DNA of 64,000 nucleotides from Nitrospirae bacterium MYbin3 (GCA_002753335.1 PEAD01000005.1:62001-126000), one strand, 5' to 3'. Positions 8,992 through 19,286 are shown, counted from the first letter of the stretch. Notes: a model not told the origin generated them from the letters alone. Numbers and translations: made by a program.

Positions 8992-11685
8992 ATGAATATA
9001 GAAAAAAACAGCATCAAATTTAAGATTATATTCCCGATCATCTTTTTTATCTTTCTCATCACTATAGTGCTAAGCGGGATCATCTACAAGGTTTCTGATG
9101 ATATTGCTGATGACTATCAGAAGTTTTTTATATCAACACACTCTAGAGAGATTGAAGGAATAATGGACAGGGCCGCCTTGAGCTTGACAGAACAGAATAT
9201 GGCCCAAGACAAGAAGGCCTTATCCATGCGTCAAAAGGCCTCCATAACAGAAATTGCAAACTACTGGTATGACCACGATATTGACGGCTTAATCCTGAAC
9301 ATGGACGGCCGAGTCATCTATACAACACTCGATGATGCTCACCAGAAAGACGTGCTTCGTTTTCTAAACTCAAAAGGATCTTTTACTTTAAAGAAAGATC
9401 GCATAGAAAAATATGGATATGTTGAAGTCTTCAATCCGTGGAACTGGAAACTCATTTCAATATCAAAGGCTACGGTGCCTCTTTTATTCAGGAATAATCT
9501 TTATTTCCTCTTTCCTATTGTTGCTTCGGCGTTCTTTATGATGTTCGGAATTTCCCTCTATCTTTTTAAGCACAATTTTCAGCAGCCAATGAGCAATATG
9601 CTTAAGGATATAAAAAACGGCACTCTGATTAAAAACACAGGAATTATTGAGATTGACACTATAGGAACGGCATTCAACGAGGGTTTCAACAAGCTAAATA
9701 AAAAGACGGATCAGTTCCAGATATTGCACAGCCTCGCGATCGCGCTGCATGGGGACATGACAACTGAAGAATTGCTGAACCAGGTTTTGGATAATGTTGG
9801 GAGGTTGATAAAAGCCGATCTTGCCGCTATAGCAATATATGATGAGCATGGTGGATTTAAGAAGCTCGTAACTCATGGTGCTACAATCAAAACCCAAGAC
9901 GCCCTGCCGGAAGGCATTGGGGTGTTGAAGTATATTAAACAGGCTAAAGGCCCTATACACATAGAAGATGTTACAAAACATCCATCATTCACAGGTTCTT
10001 TTCCACCAGGGCATCCCGAAATTCACAACCTGCTCTCTTATCCTATACTATCGGATGACGGAACCTCTCTAGGGTCTATATATTTCGGCAACAAGCCTGA
10101 AGGATTCACAGATGATGACCAGATGCTGCTTGGAGCAGTATCTGCAGATGTTATGGTTGCGCTTAATAAAGCAGAGAATCTCACACGCCTAAAAAGATTT
10201 AAAGAGATTATAGACTCTGCCTTTGACGTTATATTGATTACCGACTCTGAAGGCAGAATCCTTTATGTTAATCAGGCCTTTTCAGAAATTACAGGTTTCG
10301 CTCAGAATGAAGCCATTGGACAAAGGCCTAGCATTCTCAAAAGCGGATACCATGACGAACATTTTTATAAAGGCATGTGGGGCATGATTAAGGCTGGCAG
10401 AATATGGAAGGGAGAATTCGTCAATAAGAAGAAGAGCGGAGAGGTTTATTATACTTCAGCAATAATTTCTCCTATACATACTGAAGAGGGCTTCAATTTC
10501 GTTTCTATACAGCGGGACATCACACAGGAGAAAAGGCTTTACGAACAGCTGTTGAGGGCCCAGAAGATGGAATCGATAGGTACTTTGGCCGGAGGCATAG
10601 CTCATGACTTCAATAATCTTCTAACCGCAATACTTGGATATTCCGAGATTATGATGGCTAAAACTAAAGAGGGCGATCCTTTTTATAAACCTGTAAATAT
10701 TATAAACAACGCTGCAGAGAAAGGCGCTGAACTTGCCCGTAAAATCCTTATGGTAACACACAAAGAGAAACTTGAAACCAAATCTCTAAATTTGAACGAA
10801 ATTATACATAATTGCATGGAACTCCTCGAAAGGAGCATCCCAAAAAGCATAGAAATAGTAACCCATCTAAAGAGTGATCTGCCCAATATCATGGCGGATC
10901 CAACGCAGATGCAGCAGGTGGTAATCAATCTTTCGGTGAATGCGCGTGATGCTATGCCTAAGGGCGGCCGCATCACAATAGAAACCTCCGTAGTAGGCGA
11001 AGAAAATGGCGCGGCAGGAGAAGTTGCCGACAGCGAAGGGAAACTCCTGAAATTTTCTATTTCTGATACTGGGTCCGGCATCGATACCGAAACGCAGCGA
11101 AAAATATTCGATCCGTTTTTCACGACGAAAGAATCCGGCAAAGGTACAGGGCTTGGCCTTTATATGGTGCATTCAATAGTAACCAATCACGGCGGATACA
11201 TCAACTTGTACAGTGAGCCTGATAAGGGAACTCGCTTCAATATCTACCTGCCGGTGACCTCCATTGAAAATGCAAACGAGAAAACCGAACTGCTCGAGCT
11301 AAGCGGGTCAGAAACCGTGCTTTTTATTGACGATGAACCCGATATAAGAGAACTCTGCAGGGATATGATCGAGCCCTTGGGATACAAAGTGCTGCTTGCA
11401 GGAAGCGGCTACGAGGGGATAAATATATACAGGCTGATGAAAGACGAAATTTCATTGGTGGTGCTGGACATGGTAATGCCCAAGATGGGCGGCAGCGAGG
11501 TGTTCCATGCACTGAAAAATATTAACCAGGATGTGGATGTCCTGATATGCTCTGGTTTTAGCCATGACGGTTTTGCCGGTATAGAAAACCTTATTAAAAG
11601 CGGAGCATCAGGTTTTATCCAGAAGCCATTTACAAGAAATGCTATAGCGCATGCCATAAGGCAGGCGCTGACAAAAAAAGACTGA
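8992..11685 (+). CDS. Hybrid sensor histidine kinase/response regulator (TM-GAF-PAS-HisKA-HATPase-REC)
   Basis: AQKMESIGTLAGGIAHDFNN, NARDAMP.GG, FDPFFTTK..GTGLGL, receiver LDMVMP. Confidence 0.93.
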   Translation: MNIEKNSIKFKIIFPIIFFIFLITIVLSGIIYKVSDDIADDYQKFFISTHSREIEGIMDRAALSLTEQNMAQDKKALSMRQKASITEIANYWYDHDIDGLILNMDGRVIYTTLDDAHQKDVLRFLNSKGSFTLKKDRIEKYGYVEVFNPWNWKLISISKATVPLLFRNNLYFLFPIVASAFFMMFGISLYLFKHNFQQPMSNMLKDIKNGTLIKNTGIIEIDTIGTAFNEGFNKLNKKTDQFQILHSLAIALHGDMTTEELLNQVLDNVGRLIKADLAAIAIYDEHGGFKKLVTHGATIKTQDALPEGIGVLKYIKQAKGPIHIEDVTKHPSFTGSFPPGHPEIHNLLSYPILSDDGTSLGSIYFGNKPEGFTDDDQMLLGAVSADVMVALNKAENLTRLKRFKEIIDSAFDVILITDSEGRILYVNQAFSEITGFAQNEAIGQRPSILKSGYHDEHFYKGMWGMIKAGRIWKGEFVNKKKSGEVYYTSAIISPIHTEEGFNFVSIQRDITQEKRLYEQLLRAQKMESIGTLAGGIAHDFNNLLTAILGYSEIMMAKTKEGDPFYKPVNIINNAAEKGAELARKILMVTHKEKLETKSLNLNEIIHNCMELLERSIPKSIEIVTHLKSDLPNIMADPTQMQQVVINLSVNARDAMPKGGRITIETSVVGEENGAAGEVADSEGKLLKFSISDTGSGIDTETQRKIFDPFFTTKESGKGTGLGLYMVHSIVTNHGGYINLYSEPDKGTRFNIYLPVTSIENANEKTELLELSGSETVLFIDDEPDIRELCRDMIEPLGYKVLLAGSGYEGINIYRLMKDEISLVVLDMVMPKMGGSEVFHALKNINQDVDVLICSGFSHDGFAGIENLIKSGASGFIQKPFTRNAIAHAIRQALTKKD

Positions 11686-11694
11686 GGTTATTTT

Positions 11695-11895
11695 ATGAAT
11701 GAAATTAGTTTAACCATCGGCGGCATGAGCTGCGGACATTGTGTTATGAGAGTAAAAAAGGCTATTGAAGGGCTTTCAGGTGTCTCAAGCTCTGATGTTA
11801 ATGTCGGAAGCGCTACTGTTCAGTATGATGAGGCGAAGATTTCTAAAGAAGATATCGTTTCAACTATAGAAAAGGCGGGATACACTATAAAATAA
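11695..11895 (+). CDS. Heavy-metal-associated (CopZ-like) chaperone
   Basis: GMSCGHC motif, 66 aa. Confidence 0.88.
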   Translation: MNEISLTIGGMSCGHCVMRVKKAIEGLSGVSSSDVNVGSATVQYDEAKISKEDIVSTIEKAGYTIK

Positions 11896-11917
11896 TAAGT
11901 CTGTTCTGTTGAGGGTA

Positions 11918-14014
11918 TTACTGTCTTAACTGTCCCTTAGTTTCATTGATAATCTGTTCAACAAGAGAGCTGTGAAGGTTATCCGCTTCTGCATCTGTAA
12001 GCGTTTTATCAGCCGCCCTATACCGCACATTGAACGCAATACTCTTTTTGCCTTGAGGTATATTGGTTCCTGTGTAAACATCGAATATATAAACATCCTC
12101 TATCAAATCAGACTTAAATGCTTTGAGCATAGCAGTTAAAGTGGATGCCTCTAAATCATTGTCAACTACAATAGCTGTATCCCTTTCTATGAACGGGAAT
12201 TTAGGCAGCGGCCTGTACTTTAGTTTGCTTTCAGAAGCGGATAACAACGCCTCTATGTTCAACTCGAAAAGAACGAGTGACGGCTTATTAGCTTTTATGC
12301 CTAAGCTGCGTATAAGTGCAGGATGGGCTGTTCCTATAAATCCTGCATTCACAGCCGTATTTCCTGAACCTATCATAATATCGGCCGATTGTCCGGGATG
12401 CAAAAACTGCTCTGCAGATCGTACAAAAGAATAATCTTTGATTCTCATTTCTAGCAGCACAGCCTCTACAAGACCTTTTACCGAGTAAAAACTATGCGTT
12501 TCATCACTGTAGAGCGTTTTTGATCTTTCTTTGTACAGTATTCCTGCGGCATGCTCCTTTTCGTCTGGCAGATTGTTAGCTGTAGTATTTATAAATATTC
12601 TGGATATCTCAAACAGCCTTAGTTCTTTGTTCCCTAAAGCCAGGTTTGATATCAGGTTTTTAAGCATGGCCGGCATGAGCGTTGTTCTCATATGTGAATC
12701 TTCTGTTCTAATAGGATTCAGTATGCCAACCGTATTTCTCCTTATGTCATCTAAGCTAATCGAAAGTACGTCCAGGTCCTGCATGCTCATAAAGCTGTAA
12801 TTTATAGCTTCAGAAAATCCAAATTTAAGAAGTGCATCTTTTATAAGTTTCCTTGCCTGCAGCGTTTTGTTTTTTTCGGCCATATTATTGGGTTCGCTGC
12901 CGACAACAGCTTCGGGCAACTTTGCCGGAATCCTGTCATAACCGTAAATACGTGCAACTTCTTCTATTATGTCGCACTCTTTTTGAATATCTCTCCTGTA
13001 TGTCGGCGTCTTTACAGTGAAACTGCTGCCGGTTTCTTTAAGCTCCAGCCCTAACCTGCTCAAACAATCGAGAATTTCTTTTTTAGACAGCTTAAGCCCA
13101 AGAATTTTGTTTATCCTTTCAAATGATACGGATATTTTAGTCGCTACATAGCGCTTGGGATATATATCAATCTTCCCGTAAATATCGCCCCCTGCAACCT
13201 CCTTCATCAGATATGCTGCTCTGTCGAGGGCTTTTTTCAGTATTTTTATATCGGTTCCTCTTTCGAACCTGTACGAAGATTCTGTTTTTATGCCTAATTG
13301 CTTCGATGTCTTTCTCACAGAAACCGGATCGAAGTATGCACTCTCTATAAATATATCGGTTGTCGAATTCTTAACCTCTGAATCCAGACCGCCCATGATT
13401 CCTGCTACAGCTACAGGCCTTTCCGCATCCCATATCAAAAGCATGTCGTTTTCGATTGCGTGTTCAGCTCCATCAAGCGTTTTGAAGATTAGGCCTGATG
13501 TCTTTAGGTTTGCTGGAGTTCCAATTCGTATTGTATTGTTCTTAAGTGTTGAAAGGTCGAAGGCATGCAATGGATGCCCGAACTCAAGAAGCACATAGTT
13601 GGTCACATCCACAACATTGTTTATCGACCGAATGCCGCATTTTTCCAGGCGCTTCTTCATCCATTCGGGAGACTCGCCGATTCTTACGTTTCTCACTATT
13701 CTTCCGGCATATCTATTGCAAAGGTTTTTGTCGAGTATATCAACATTGAAATCAAGACCGCCAAGTTCGGCAAGAACATCATGCTCAGGAAATTCTACAG
13801 GAATATTGTAAAAAGCCGAGATTTCGCGTGCGATGCCTATTACGCTAAGACAATCCGGGCGGTTCGGTGTAACATTAACTTCAAATACCGCATCACCATC
13901 CATCCTGTCTATGGCCTCAACCTCAAAGCCTATCATTGTCAGGTTGTGAGCAACCTCTTCAGGAGTCTGCTTAACAGGCACCATTGATTTAATCCATTCA
14001 AAAGGAACTCTCAT
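11918..14014 (-). CDS. pheT: Phenylalanyl-tRNA synthetase beta subunit (short form)
   Basis: TPNRPDCLS, NNVVDVTNY, RFERG, IEEVARIYGY, C-terminal FDX-ACB; follows pheS. Confidence 0.95.
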   Translation of the reverse strand: MRVPFEWIKSMVPVKQTPEEVAHNLTMIGFEVEAIDRMDGDAVFEVNVTPNRPDCLSVIGIAREISAFYNIPVEFPEHDVLAELGGLDFNVDILDKNLCNRYAGRIVRNVRIGESPEWMKKRLEKCGIRSINNVVDVTNYVLLEFGHPLHAFDLSTLKNNTIRIGTPANLKTSGLIFKTLDGAEHAIENDMLLIWDAERPVAVAGIMGGLDSEVKNSTTDIFIESAYFDPVSVRKTSKQLGIKTESSYRFERGTDIKILKKALDRAAYLMKEVAGGDIYGKIDIYPKRYVATKISVSFERINKILGLKLSKKEILDCLSRLGLELKETGSSFTVKTPTYRRDIQKECDIIEEVARIYGYDRIPAKLPEAVVGSEPNNMAEKNKTLQARKLIKDALLKFGFSEAINYSFMSMQDLDVLSISLDDIRRNTVGILNPIRTEDSHMRTTLMPAMLKNLISNLALGNKELRLFEISRIFINTTANNLPDEKEHAAGILYKERSKTLYSDETHSFYSVKGLVEAVLLEMRIKDYSFVRSAEQFLHPGQSADIMIGSGNTAVNAGFIGTAHPALIRSLGIKANKPSLVLFELNIEALLSASESKLKYRPLPKFPFIERDTAIVVDNDLEASTLTAMLKAFKSDLIEDVYIFDVYTGTNIPQGKKSIAFNVRYRAADKTLTDAEADNLHSSLVEQIINETKGQLRQ

Positions 14015-15019
14015 CTAAAATTGCCTCAAAAAGCGGATATCGTTTTCAAAGAAAAGCCGTATATCGTCTATCGAATATTTAAGCATCGCTATTCTTTCCA
14101 CTCCCATGCCAAAGGCAAATCCTGTGAATTCTTCGGTGTCGTATTTAACATACTCAAAAACTCTAGGATTCACCATGCCTGCACCTAATATTTCAAGCCA
14201 GCCTGAACCTTTGCAAACCCTGCAGCCCGAGCCTTTGCAGAATATACAGCCTATATCAACTTCGGCTGATGGTTCGGTAAAAGGGAAAAAGCTCGGCCTG
14301 AACCTGACAGGAGTTTCGGCTCCAAACATCTGATGCAGGAATGCAACGAGTATGCCCTTAAGATTGCTGAAAGTTATGTGACGGTCAACCATCAAGCCTT
14401 CAACCTGATGAAAAAGAGGTGTGTGTGTCATATCTGCGTCGCAGCGGTAAACCTTGCCGGGGGCTATGAACCTGACAGGAGGGTTTCTTTTTTCCATGCC
14501 CCTGACCTGAACAGGTGAGGTATGGGTGCGCAGCACAGTATTATCGCTCACAAAAAAAGTGTCCTGCATATCCCGCGCAGGATGGTTTTTGGGAAAATTA
14601 AGAGCTTCGAAATTATAGTAGTCCAGTTCGACTTCAGGTCCTTCTTCTATACTGAATCCCATTTTTACGAATATATCTACAATCTCTGAGAGAGTCCTGT
14701 TTATAGGGTGCTCTGTTCCAAATAGAGTGTACTTTCCAGGAAGAGTGACATCGATAGATTCCGAAAGAAGTTGTGTTTTCAGTTCTCTATTTTTAAGCTC
14801 AGATTCAATACGGTCTATCTCTGCTTCTATTGATGTCTTTAAGTCATTTATCTTTTTGCCATGAGCAGGTCTTTCATCAACCGGCAATGACGAGAGGGAC
14901 TTCATTTCTGAGGTTATAATTCCTTTTTTACCCAGGTATTTAACCTTCAGGTCAGAGAGGTGATTCAGGCTGTTAACCGATTTGAGTTCGGCATAAAATG
15001 AATCTTTTATTGAGGTCAT
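14015..15019 (-). CDS. pheS: Phenylalanyl-tRNA synthetase alpha subunit
   Basis: HPARDMQDTF, LRTHTSPVQ, RPSFFPFTEPS, GFAFGMGVER. Confidence 0.97.
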   Translation of the reverse strand: MTSIKDSFYAELKSVNSLNHLSDLKVKYLGKKGIITSEMKSLSSLPVDERPAHGKKINDLKTSIEAEIDRIESELKNRELKTQLLSESIDVTLPGKYTLFGTEHPINRTLSEIVDIFVKMGFSIEEGPEVELDYYNFEALNFPKNHPARDMQDTFFVSDNTVLRTHTSPVQVRGMEKRNPPVRFIAPGKVYRCDADMTHTPLFHQVEGLMVDRHITFSNLKGILVAFLHQMFGAETPVRFRPSFFPFTEPSAEVDIGCIFCKGSGCRVCKGSGWLEILGAGMVNPRVFEYVKYDTEEFTGFAFGMGVERIAMLKYSIDDIRLFFENDIRFLRQF

Positions 15020-15036
15020 AAGATTGGTAATGCAAT

Positions 15037-15061
15037 GCCGACGGTCTTTTAAACCGTCGGC
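15037..15061. other. GC-rich stem-loop between rplT and pheS
   Basis: GCCGACGGT-cttttaa-ACCGTCGGC; no U-tract on the coding (minus) strand. Confidence 0.6.
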
Positions 15062-15068
15062 GAGTGGT

Positions 15069-15413
15069 TTACTTTATCTTTTCCGCAAGCGTACTGAAAG
15101 TTTTGGGATCGTGGTACGCTAAATCAGCAAGCGCCTTTCTGTTCAGTGTTATGTTTGCTTTTTTGAGTCCGTTCATAAACTGACTGTAAGACATTCCCAT
15201 CGCCCTGACCGCCGCGTTTATTCTTGCTATCCAGAGCGCTCTGAATTCACGCTTTTTAAGCCTTCTGTCTTTGTAGGCCGCTACTCCTGCCTTATCAAGA
15301 GCCTGCGCTGCAGATTTATAAAGACGGCTGCTGGCTCCGTAAAAGCCGCTCGCCTTCTTCAGCACCTTTTTATGATATCTCTTTGTCTTAAAACCGCCTT
15401 TTGCCCTCGGCAT
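15069..15413 (-). CDS. rplT: 50S ribosomal protein L20
   Basis: [25 protein letters not shown]. Confidence 0.97.
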   Translation of the reverse strand: MPRAKGGFKTKRYHKKVLKKASGFYGASSRLYKSAAQALDKAGVAAYKDRRLKKREFRALWIARINAAVRAMGMSYSQFMNGLKKANITLNRKALADLAYHDPKTFSTLAEKIK

Positions 15414-15486
15414 CTGAATCCTCCTTAAATGTTAATCCTCAATTATGCTGCAAACAAATGAATTAATATTTTAATAGAAAAACTAT

Positions 15487-15518
15487 TTGGGCGTCAAGCA
15501 TTTTGACTTGACGCCCAA
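15487..15518. other. 12-bp perfect stem-loop between rpmI and rplT
   Basis: TTGGGCGTCAAG-cattttga-CTTGACGCCCAA. Confidence 0.65.
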
Positions 15519-15537
15519 TATTTTTGGGAAAGACTTG

Positions 15538-15735
15538 TTACATGTAGGGAAGAAGTTTCTTGATATTAGCTTCCTGAACATCAGGCACGAGTGCGCTTTT
15601 TCTAAGGCTTCTCATTCTTTTTGCCGATTTGTGAGTAAGTATATGGCTTCTGTTGGCCTTGCTCCTCTTTATCTTCCCGCTGCCGGTTATCTTGAAGCGC
15701 TTGGCAGCTCCTCTGTGTGTTTTTAATTTAGGCAT
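15538..15735 (-). CDS. rpmI: 50S ribosomal protein L35
   Basis: [21 protein letters not shown]. Confidence 0.97.
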   Translation of the reverse strand: MPKLKTHRGAAKRFKITGSGKIKRSKANRSHILTHKSAKRMRSLRKSALVPDVQEANIKKLLPYM

Positions 15736-15758
15736 TTTCCCTCCTCTCTGTGTTGGTT

Positions 15759-16259
15759 CTATTTACTGCTCGGAGCTACCACCATAGTTATATGGTTGCC
15801 CTCGAGTTTTGGCTTCTGCTCTATCGTAAACTTGCCGGTAATCAGTTCATGAATTTTATCAAATACCTTCATTCCTATCTCAGGCCTCACAATCTCCCTG
15901 CCTCTGAAGAACATTGTAACCTTTGCCTTGTCGCCCTCATCTAGAAATCTTCTGATATTTTTTACTTTCAGCTGAAGGTCGTGGTCTGTAATCTGCGGCC
16001 TTATTTTTACCTCTTTTACATCCACAGTCTTTCGAGCTGAATGTTTTTTACTCAGCTGATACTTGTACTTGCCAAAATCCATTATCTTGCAGACCGGTGG
16101 AGTGCTGTTTGAAGACACCTCAACAAGGTCTGATCCTCTTTCGCGCGCAAGCTGCAAAGCCTCTTGCGTCGGCAGTACTCCTAACTGTTCACCCTCATCT
16201 CCTATGAGCCTGACTTCCCTGCTTCTGATGCCTTCGTTCACTCTTATGTCTTTACTTAT
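15759..16259 (-). CDS. infC: Translation initiation factor IF-3 (probable ATA start)
   Basis: [32 protein letters not shown]-gctaaa-ATA AGT AAA GAC ATA AGA GTG AAC. Confidence 0.93.
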   Translation of the reverse strand: MSKDIRVNEGIRSREVRLIGDEGEQLGVLPTQEALQLARERGSDLVEVSSNSTPPVCKIMDFGKYKYQLSKKHSARKTVDVKEVKIRPQITDHDLQLKVKNIRRFLDEGDKAKVTMFFRGREIVRPEIGMKVFDKIHELITGKFTIEQKPKLEGNHITMVVAPSSK

Positions 16260-16302
16260 TTTAGCACCTCCGTGCTTGAGTTAGACCTCACGACAGCTAT
16301 CA

Positions 16303-18204
16303 CTATGAAGCCTGCCTTTTTAAGTCTATCTCTTCTTTTACTATTTCCATGAATTCATCGACGCCAAAGGGACCGATGTTTTCGCCGTTTCTTTTTCTGA
16401 CGGTAATCTTATCTTCAGAAACTTCTTTGTCGCCTATTATAACAAGATACGGTATTTTTCTCATTGTGGCTTCGCGTATTTTATACCCTATCTTTTCATT
16501 TTCCGTATTTAGCTTGGCGCGTATGCCATTCTTTTTGAAATCTTGATATATCCTGCCTGCATATTCATCATGCTTTTCTGAGATGGTCAGGAACGCAACC
16601 TGCACAGGCGCAAGCCATAGCGGAAAGATTCCTGCGTAATGTTCGATGAGAACCCCAAAAAATCTTTCGAGAGAACCCATAAGAGCCCGGTGAATCATGA
16701 TAGGCCTGTGCTCTTTTCCGTCGCTCCCCCTGTAATTTGCATCGAACCTTTCGGGCAGATTGAAGTCAACCTGTATGGTGCTGCATTGCCACGATCTGTT
16801 CAGCGAGTCTTTTATTTTGATATCAATTTTCGGACCGTAGAAAACACCTTCACCCGGGTCTATCTGGTACTTGAGCCCATTGTTTTCGAGCGCTGACCGT
16901 AAGGCGCTTGTTGCCCGTTCCCAATTTTCGGTTGAACCTACATATTTTTCCGGTCGGGTTGAAAGATAGATGTCATATGCTTCAAAGCCGAATGTCTTTA
17001 ATATAAATACCGTGAAGTCTAAAATCTTCTGCACTTCAGTTTCTATCTGGTCCTCACGACAGAATATATGTGCATCGTCCTGTGTAAAGCCCCTGACCCT
17101 CATAAGCCCGTGCAAAACTCCGGAACGCTCGTAGCGATAGACTGTACCTAGTTCAGCATATCTGACAGGAAGTTCGCGGTAGCTCCTCAGCTGGCTTTTA
17201 TAAACGTCAATATGGAATGGACAGTTCATAGGTTTAAGCTCATAGGCCACCTCATCGATTTCCATAGGCGAATACATATTATCCCTGTAAAAATCCCAAT
17301 GTCCGCTCTTTTGCCACATATGAAGTCTTGCGATATGAGGGGAATAAAGAATTTGATAATCCTCTTTCACATGCTCATTTCTCCAGAAATCTTCAATAGT
17401 TCTTCTTATTATAGAACCGTTAGGATGCCAGAGTATCAGACCGGGGCCAATATCATCGCTTACGCTGAAAAGTTCCAGTTCTTTGCCTAGCTTGCGGTGG
17501 TCCCGTTTTTTTACCTCTTCAAGAAAATCGAGATATGCTTTCAATTCTTCTTTGGTCTGATAAGCTGTTCCGTATATTCTCTGGAGCATCTTGTTTTTCT
17601 CGTCGCCGCGCCAGTATGCGCCTGCAACGCTGAGCAGTTTGAATGCCTTGACTCTGCCTGTCTTAACCAGATGCGGTCCTCTGCAGAGGTCAACAAAACC
17701 GCCTTCTTCATAAAGCGAGACGGTATCATCGGTTATTTCATTGATTATTTCTACCTTATAATCCTCATCCATTTTTTTAAAAAGTTCTATCGCATCGGCT
17801 TTAGGCAGAACCTTTCTAACAAACGGGTTGTTCTTCTTTATGATCTCCTTCATCTTCTTCTCAATCTTTTCAAGGTCCTCTAAAGTGAATGGCGTAGCCC
17901 TGTCAAAATCATAATAGAAACCATCATCCGTTGAAGGTCCTATTGCAGCCTTTGAATCAGGAAACAATTCTTTTACGGCATGGGCCATTATGTGTGAAGC
18001 GCTGTGGCGGAAGATATCCTTGCCTTCTGATGATTCAAAAGTGATAAGCTCGACAGTTGAATCATGCGGCAAAGAACTTAAGACATTCAGCTCTTTTGTT
18101 TCCCCGTTTATTTTTAATGCGAGCGCTGAAGCGGACTCTATGAACTTTTGAAGCTCAGATGCATCAACCGTCTTTTCTGCTCCGTCTGCAAGTCTTATAT
18201 TAAT
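16303..18204 (-). CDS. thrS: Threonyl-tRNA synthetase (probable ATT start)
   Basis: RHSASH, DLCRGPH, RDHRKLG, KPMNCP, FTQDDAH. Frame open 44 codons upstream of the track's TTG, encoding TGS-like INIRLADG; GGAGG SD before ATT 18204. Confidence 0.93.
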   Translation of the reverse strand: MNIRLADGAEKTVDASELQKFIESASALALKINGETKELNVLSSLPHDSTVELITFESSEGKDIFRHSASHIMAHAVKELFPDSKAAIGPSTDDGFYYDFDRATPFTLEDLEKIEKKMKEIIKKNNPFVRKVLPKADAIELFKKMDEDYKVEIINEITDDTVSLYEEGGFVDLCRGPHLVKTGRVKAFKLLSVAGAYWRGDEKNKMLQRIYGTAYQTKEELKAYLDFLEEVKKRDHRKLGKELELFSVSDDIGPGLILWHPNGSIIRRTIEDFWRNEHVKEDYQILYSPHIARLHMWQKSGHWDFYRDNMYSPMEIDEVAYELKPMNCPFHIDVYKSQLRSYRELPVRYAELGTVYRYERSGVLHGLMRVRGFTQDDAHIFCREDQIETEVQKILDFTVFILKTFGFEAYDIYLSTRPEKYVGSTENWERATSALRSALENNGLKYQIDPGEGVFYGPKIDIKIKDSLNRSWQCSTIQVDFNLPERFDANYRGSDGKEHRPIMIHRALMGSLERFFGVLIEHYAGIFPLWLAPVQVAFLTISEKHDEYAGRIYQDFKKNGIRAKLNTENEKIGYKIREATMRKIPYLVIIGDKEVSEDKITVRKRNGENIGPFGVDEFMEIVKEEIDLKRQAS

Positions 18205-18218
18205 GTTTCCCCTCCATG

Positions 18219-18263
18219 AAAAAATCGGTCTATATCATAACCGATTACTTTACTAATCGGCAA
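18219..18263 (-). promoter_or_regulatory. thrS upstream region: putative sigma70 promoter with overlapping inverted repeats
   Basis: TTGCCG-N18-TATGAT; IRs at 18241-18260 and 18223-18246, the latter running into a T-tract on the minus strand. Confidence 0.45.
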
Positions 18264-18279
18264 TATGTTGAAAAAACCG

Positions 18280-18978
18280 TCAGGATTTCTTTTCGGCCAA
18301 CATGCCGTCAGCCATCAGGAGCGTTCTGTTGCATCTTTTAGAAAGGGACTCGTTGTGGGTTACAATTAAAAATGTCACGCCTTTCTTTTTGTTGATGTCG
18401 AGCAGCAGCCTGAAAAGTTCTTCGCCGGTAGCGGTATCAAGGTTGCCTGTCGGCTCGTCAGCAAAAACAACGGTAGGATCCAAAAGCAAAGCCCTTGCAA
18501 CCGCTACCCTTTGCTGCTCACCACCCGAAAGCTCTCCCGGCTTGTGATCCTTGCGTTCAGCTATACCCATCTCTGCAAAAAGCGCCATAGCTTTATCCTT
18601 AATAAATTCTCTATCAGCCTTTGCTATTAAGCCGGGCATCATCGCGTTTTCGAGTGCGGTAAATTCTGGCAATAAGTAGTGGAACTGGAAAACAAAGCCT
18701 GCGGTTTTATTCCTAAAGGACGCAAGACTTTGAGCATCAAGTGTAAATGGATCAACCGACCTGTTCCCGTCCATTGAATAGGTGACTTTGCCGTAAGTAG
18801 GCTTATCAAGTGTTCCCAATATATGAAGAAATGTACTCTTGCCGGCTCCTGACGCACCTACAATGCTGACCATCTCGCCTTTTTGGAATTCAGTGTCAAT
18901 GCCTTTTAGGACCCTGATCTCTCCAGCAGGAGTGAAAAAAGATTTCTGCAAACCTTCAATTTTTATAAACTGCGTCAT
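18280..18978 (-). CDS. lolD: Lipoprotein-releasing ABC transporter ATP-binding protein
   Basis: GASGAGKST, FVFQFHYLLPEF, LSGGEQQR, ADEPTGNLD. Confidence 0.88.
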   Translation of the reverse strand: MTQFIKIEGLQKSFFTPAGEIRVLKGIDTEFQKGEMVSIVGASGAGKSTFLHILGTLDKPTYGKVTYSMDGNRSVDPFTLDAQSLASFRNKTAGFVFQFHYLLPEFTALENAMMPGLIAKADREFIKDKAMALFAEMGIAERKDHKPGELSGGEQQRVAVARALLLDPTVVFADEPTGNLDTATGEELFRLLLDINKKKGVTFLIVTHNESLSKRCNRTLLMADGMLAEKKS

Positions 18979-18995
18979 CAGCGGGCAAGAGTGTA

Positions 18996-19286
18996 TTACT
19001 TCTTTGCCTTTTGCTCCTTTTTCTCTTCACCGGTTTCTTCTTTTTTATCTTCTATCATGCCCTTAAGCTTTTTTGCTTTGTCAGTAACTTCATTGGCCCC
19101 GTCTTTAATGGCCTGTCCTGTTTCTTTAAGTTTATCAGCCTTGTCTGCAAGTTTCTCGCTCTGCTTCTGGGTTTCTTTTCCAAACCAGCGAAGTTTGTCG
19201 CCACCCTCCCAAAAGGCAAGCACTAAAAAAGCTACAACCAAAAGTACAACAAGGCATCCGATTTTTAAAATCATCTTAATCATCAC
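18996..19286 (-). CDS. Hypothetical single-TM, Lys/Glu-rich coiled-coil protein
   Basis: N-terminal TM; ATGA overlap with lolC/E. Confidence 0.65.
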   Translation of the reverse strand: MMIKMILKIGCLVVLLVVAFLVLAFWEGGDKLRWFGKETQKQSEKLADKADKLKETGQAIKDGANEVTDKAKKLKGMIEDKKEETGEEKKEQKAKK

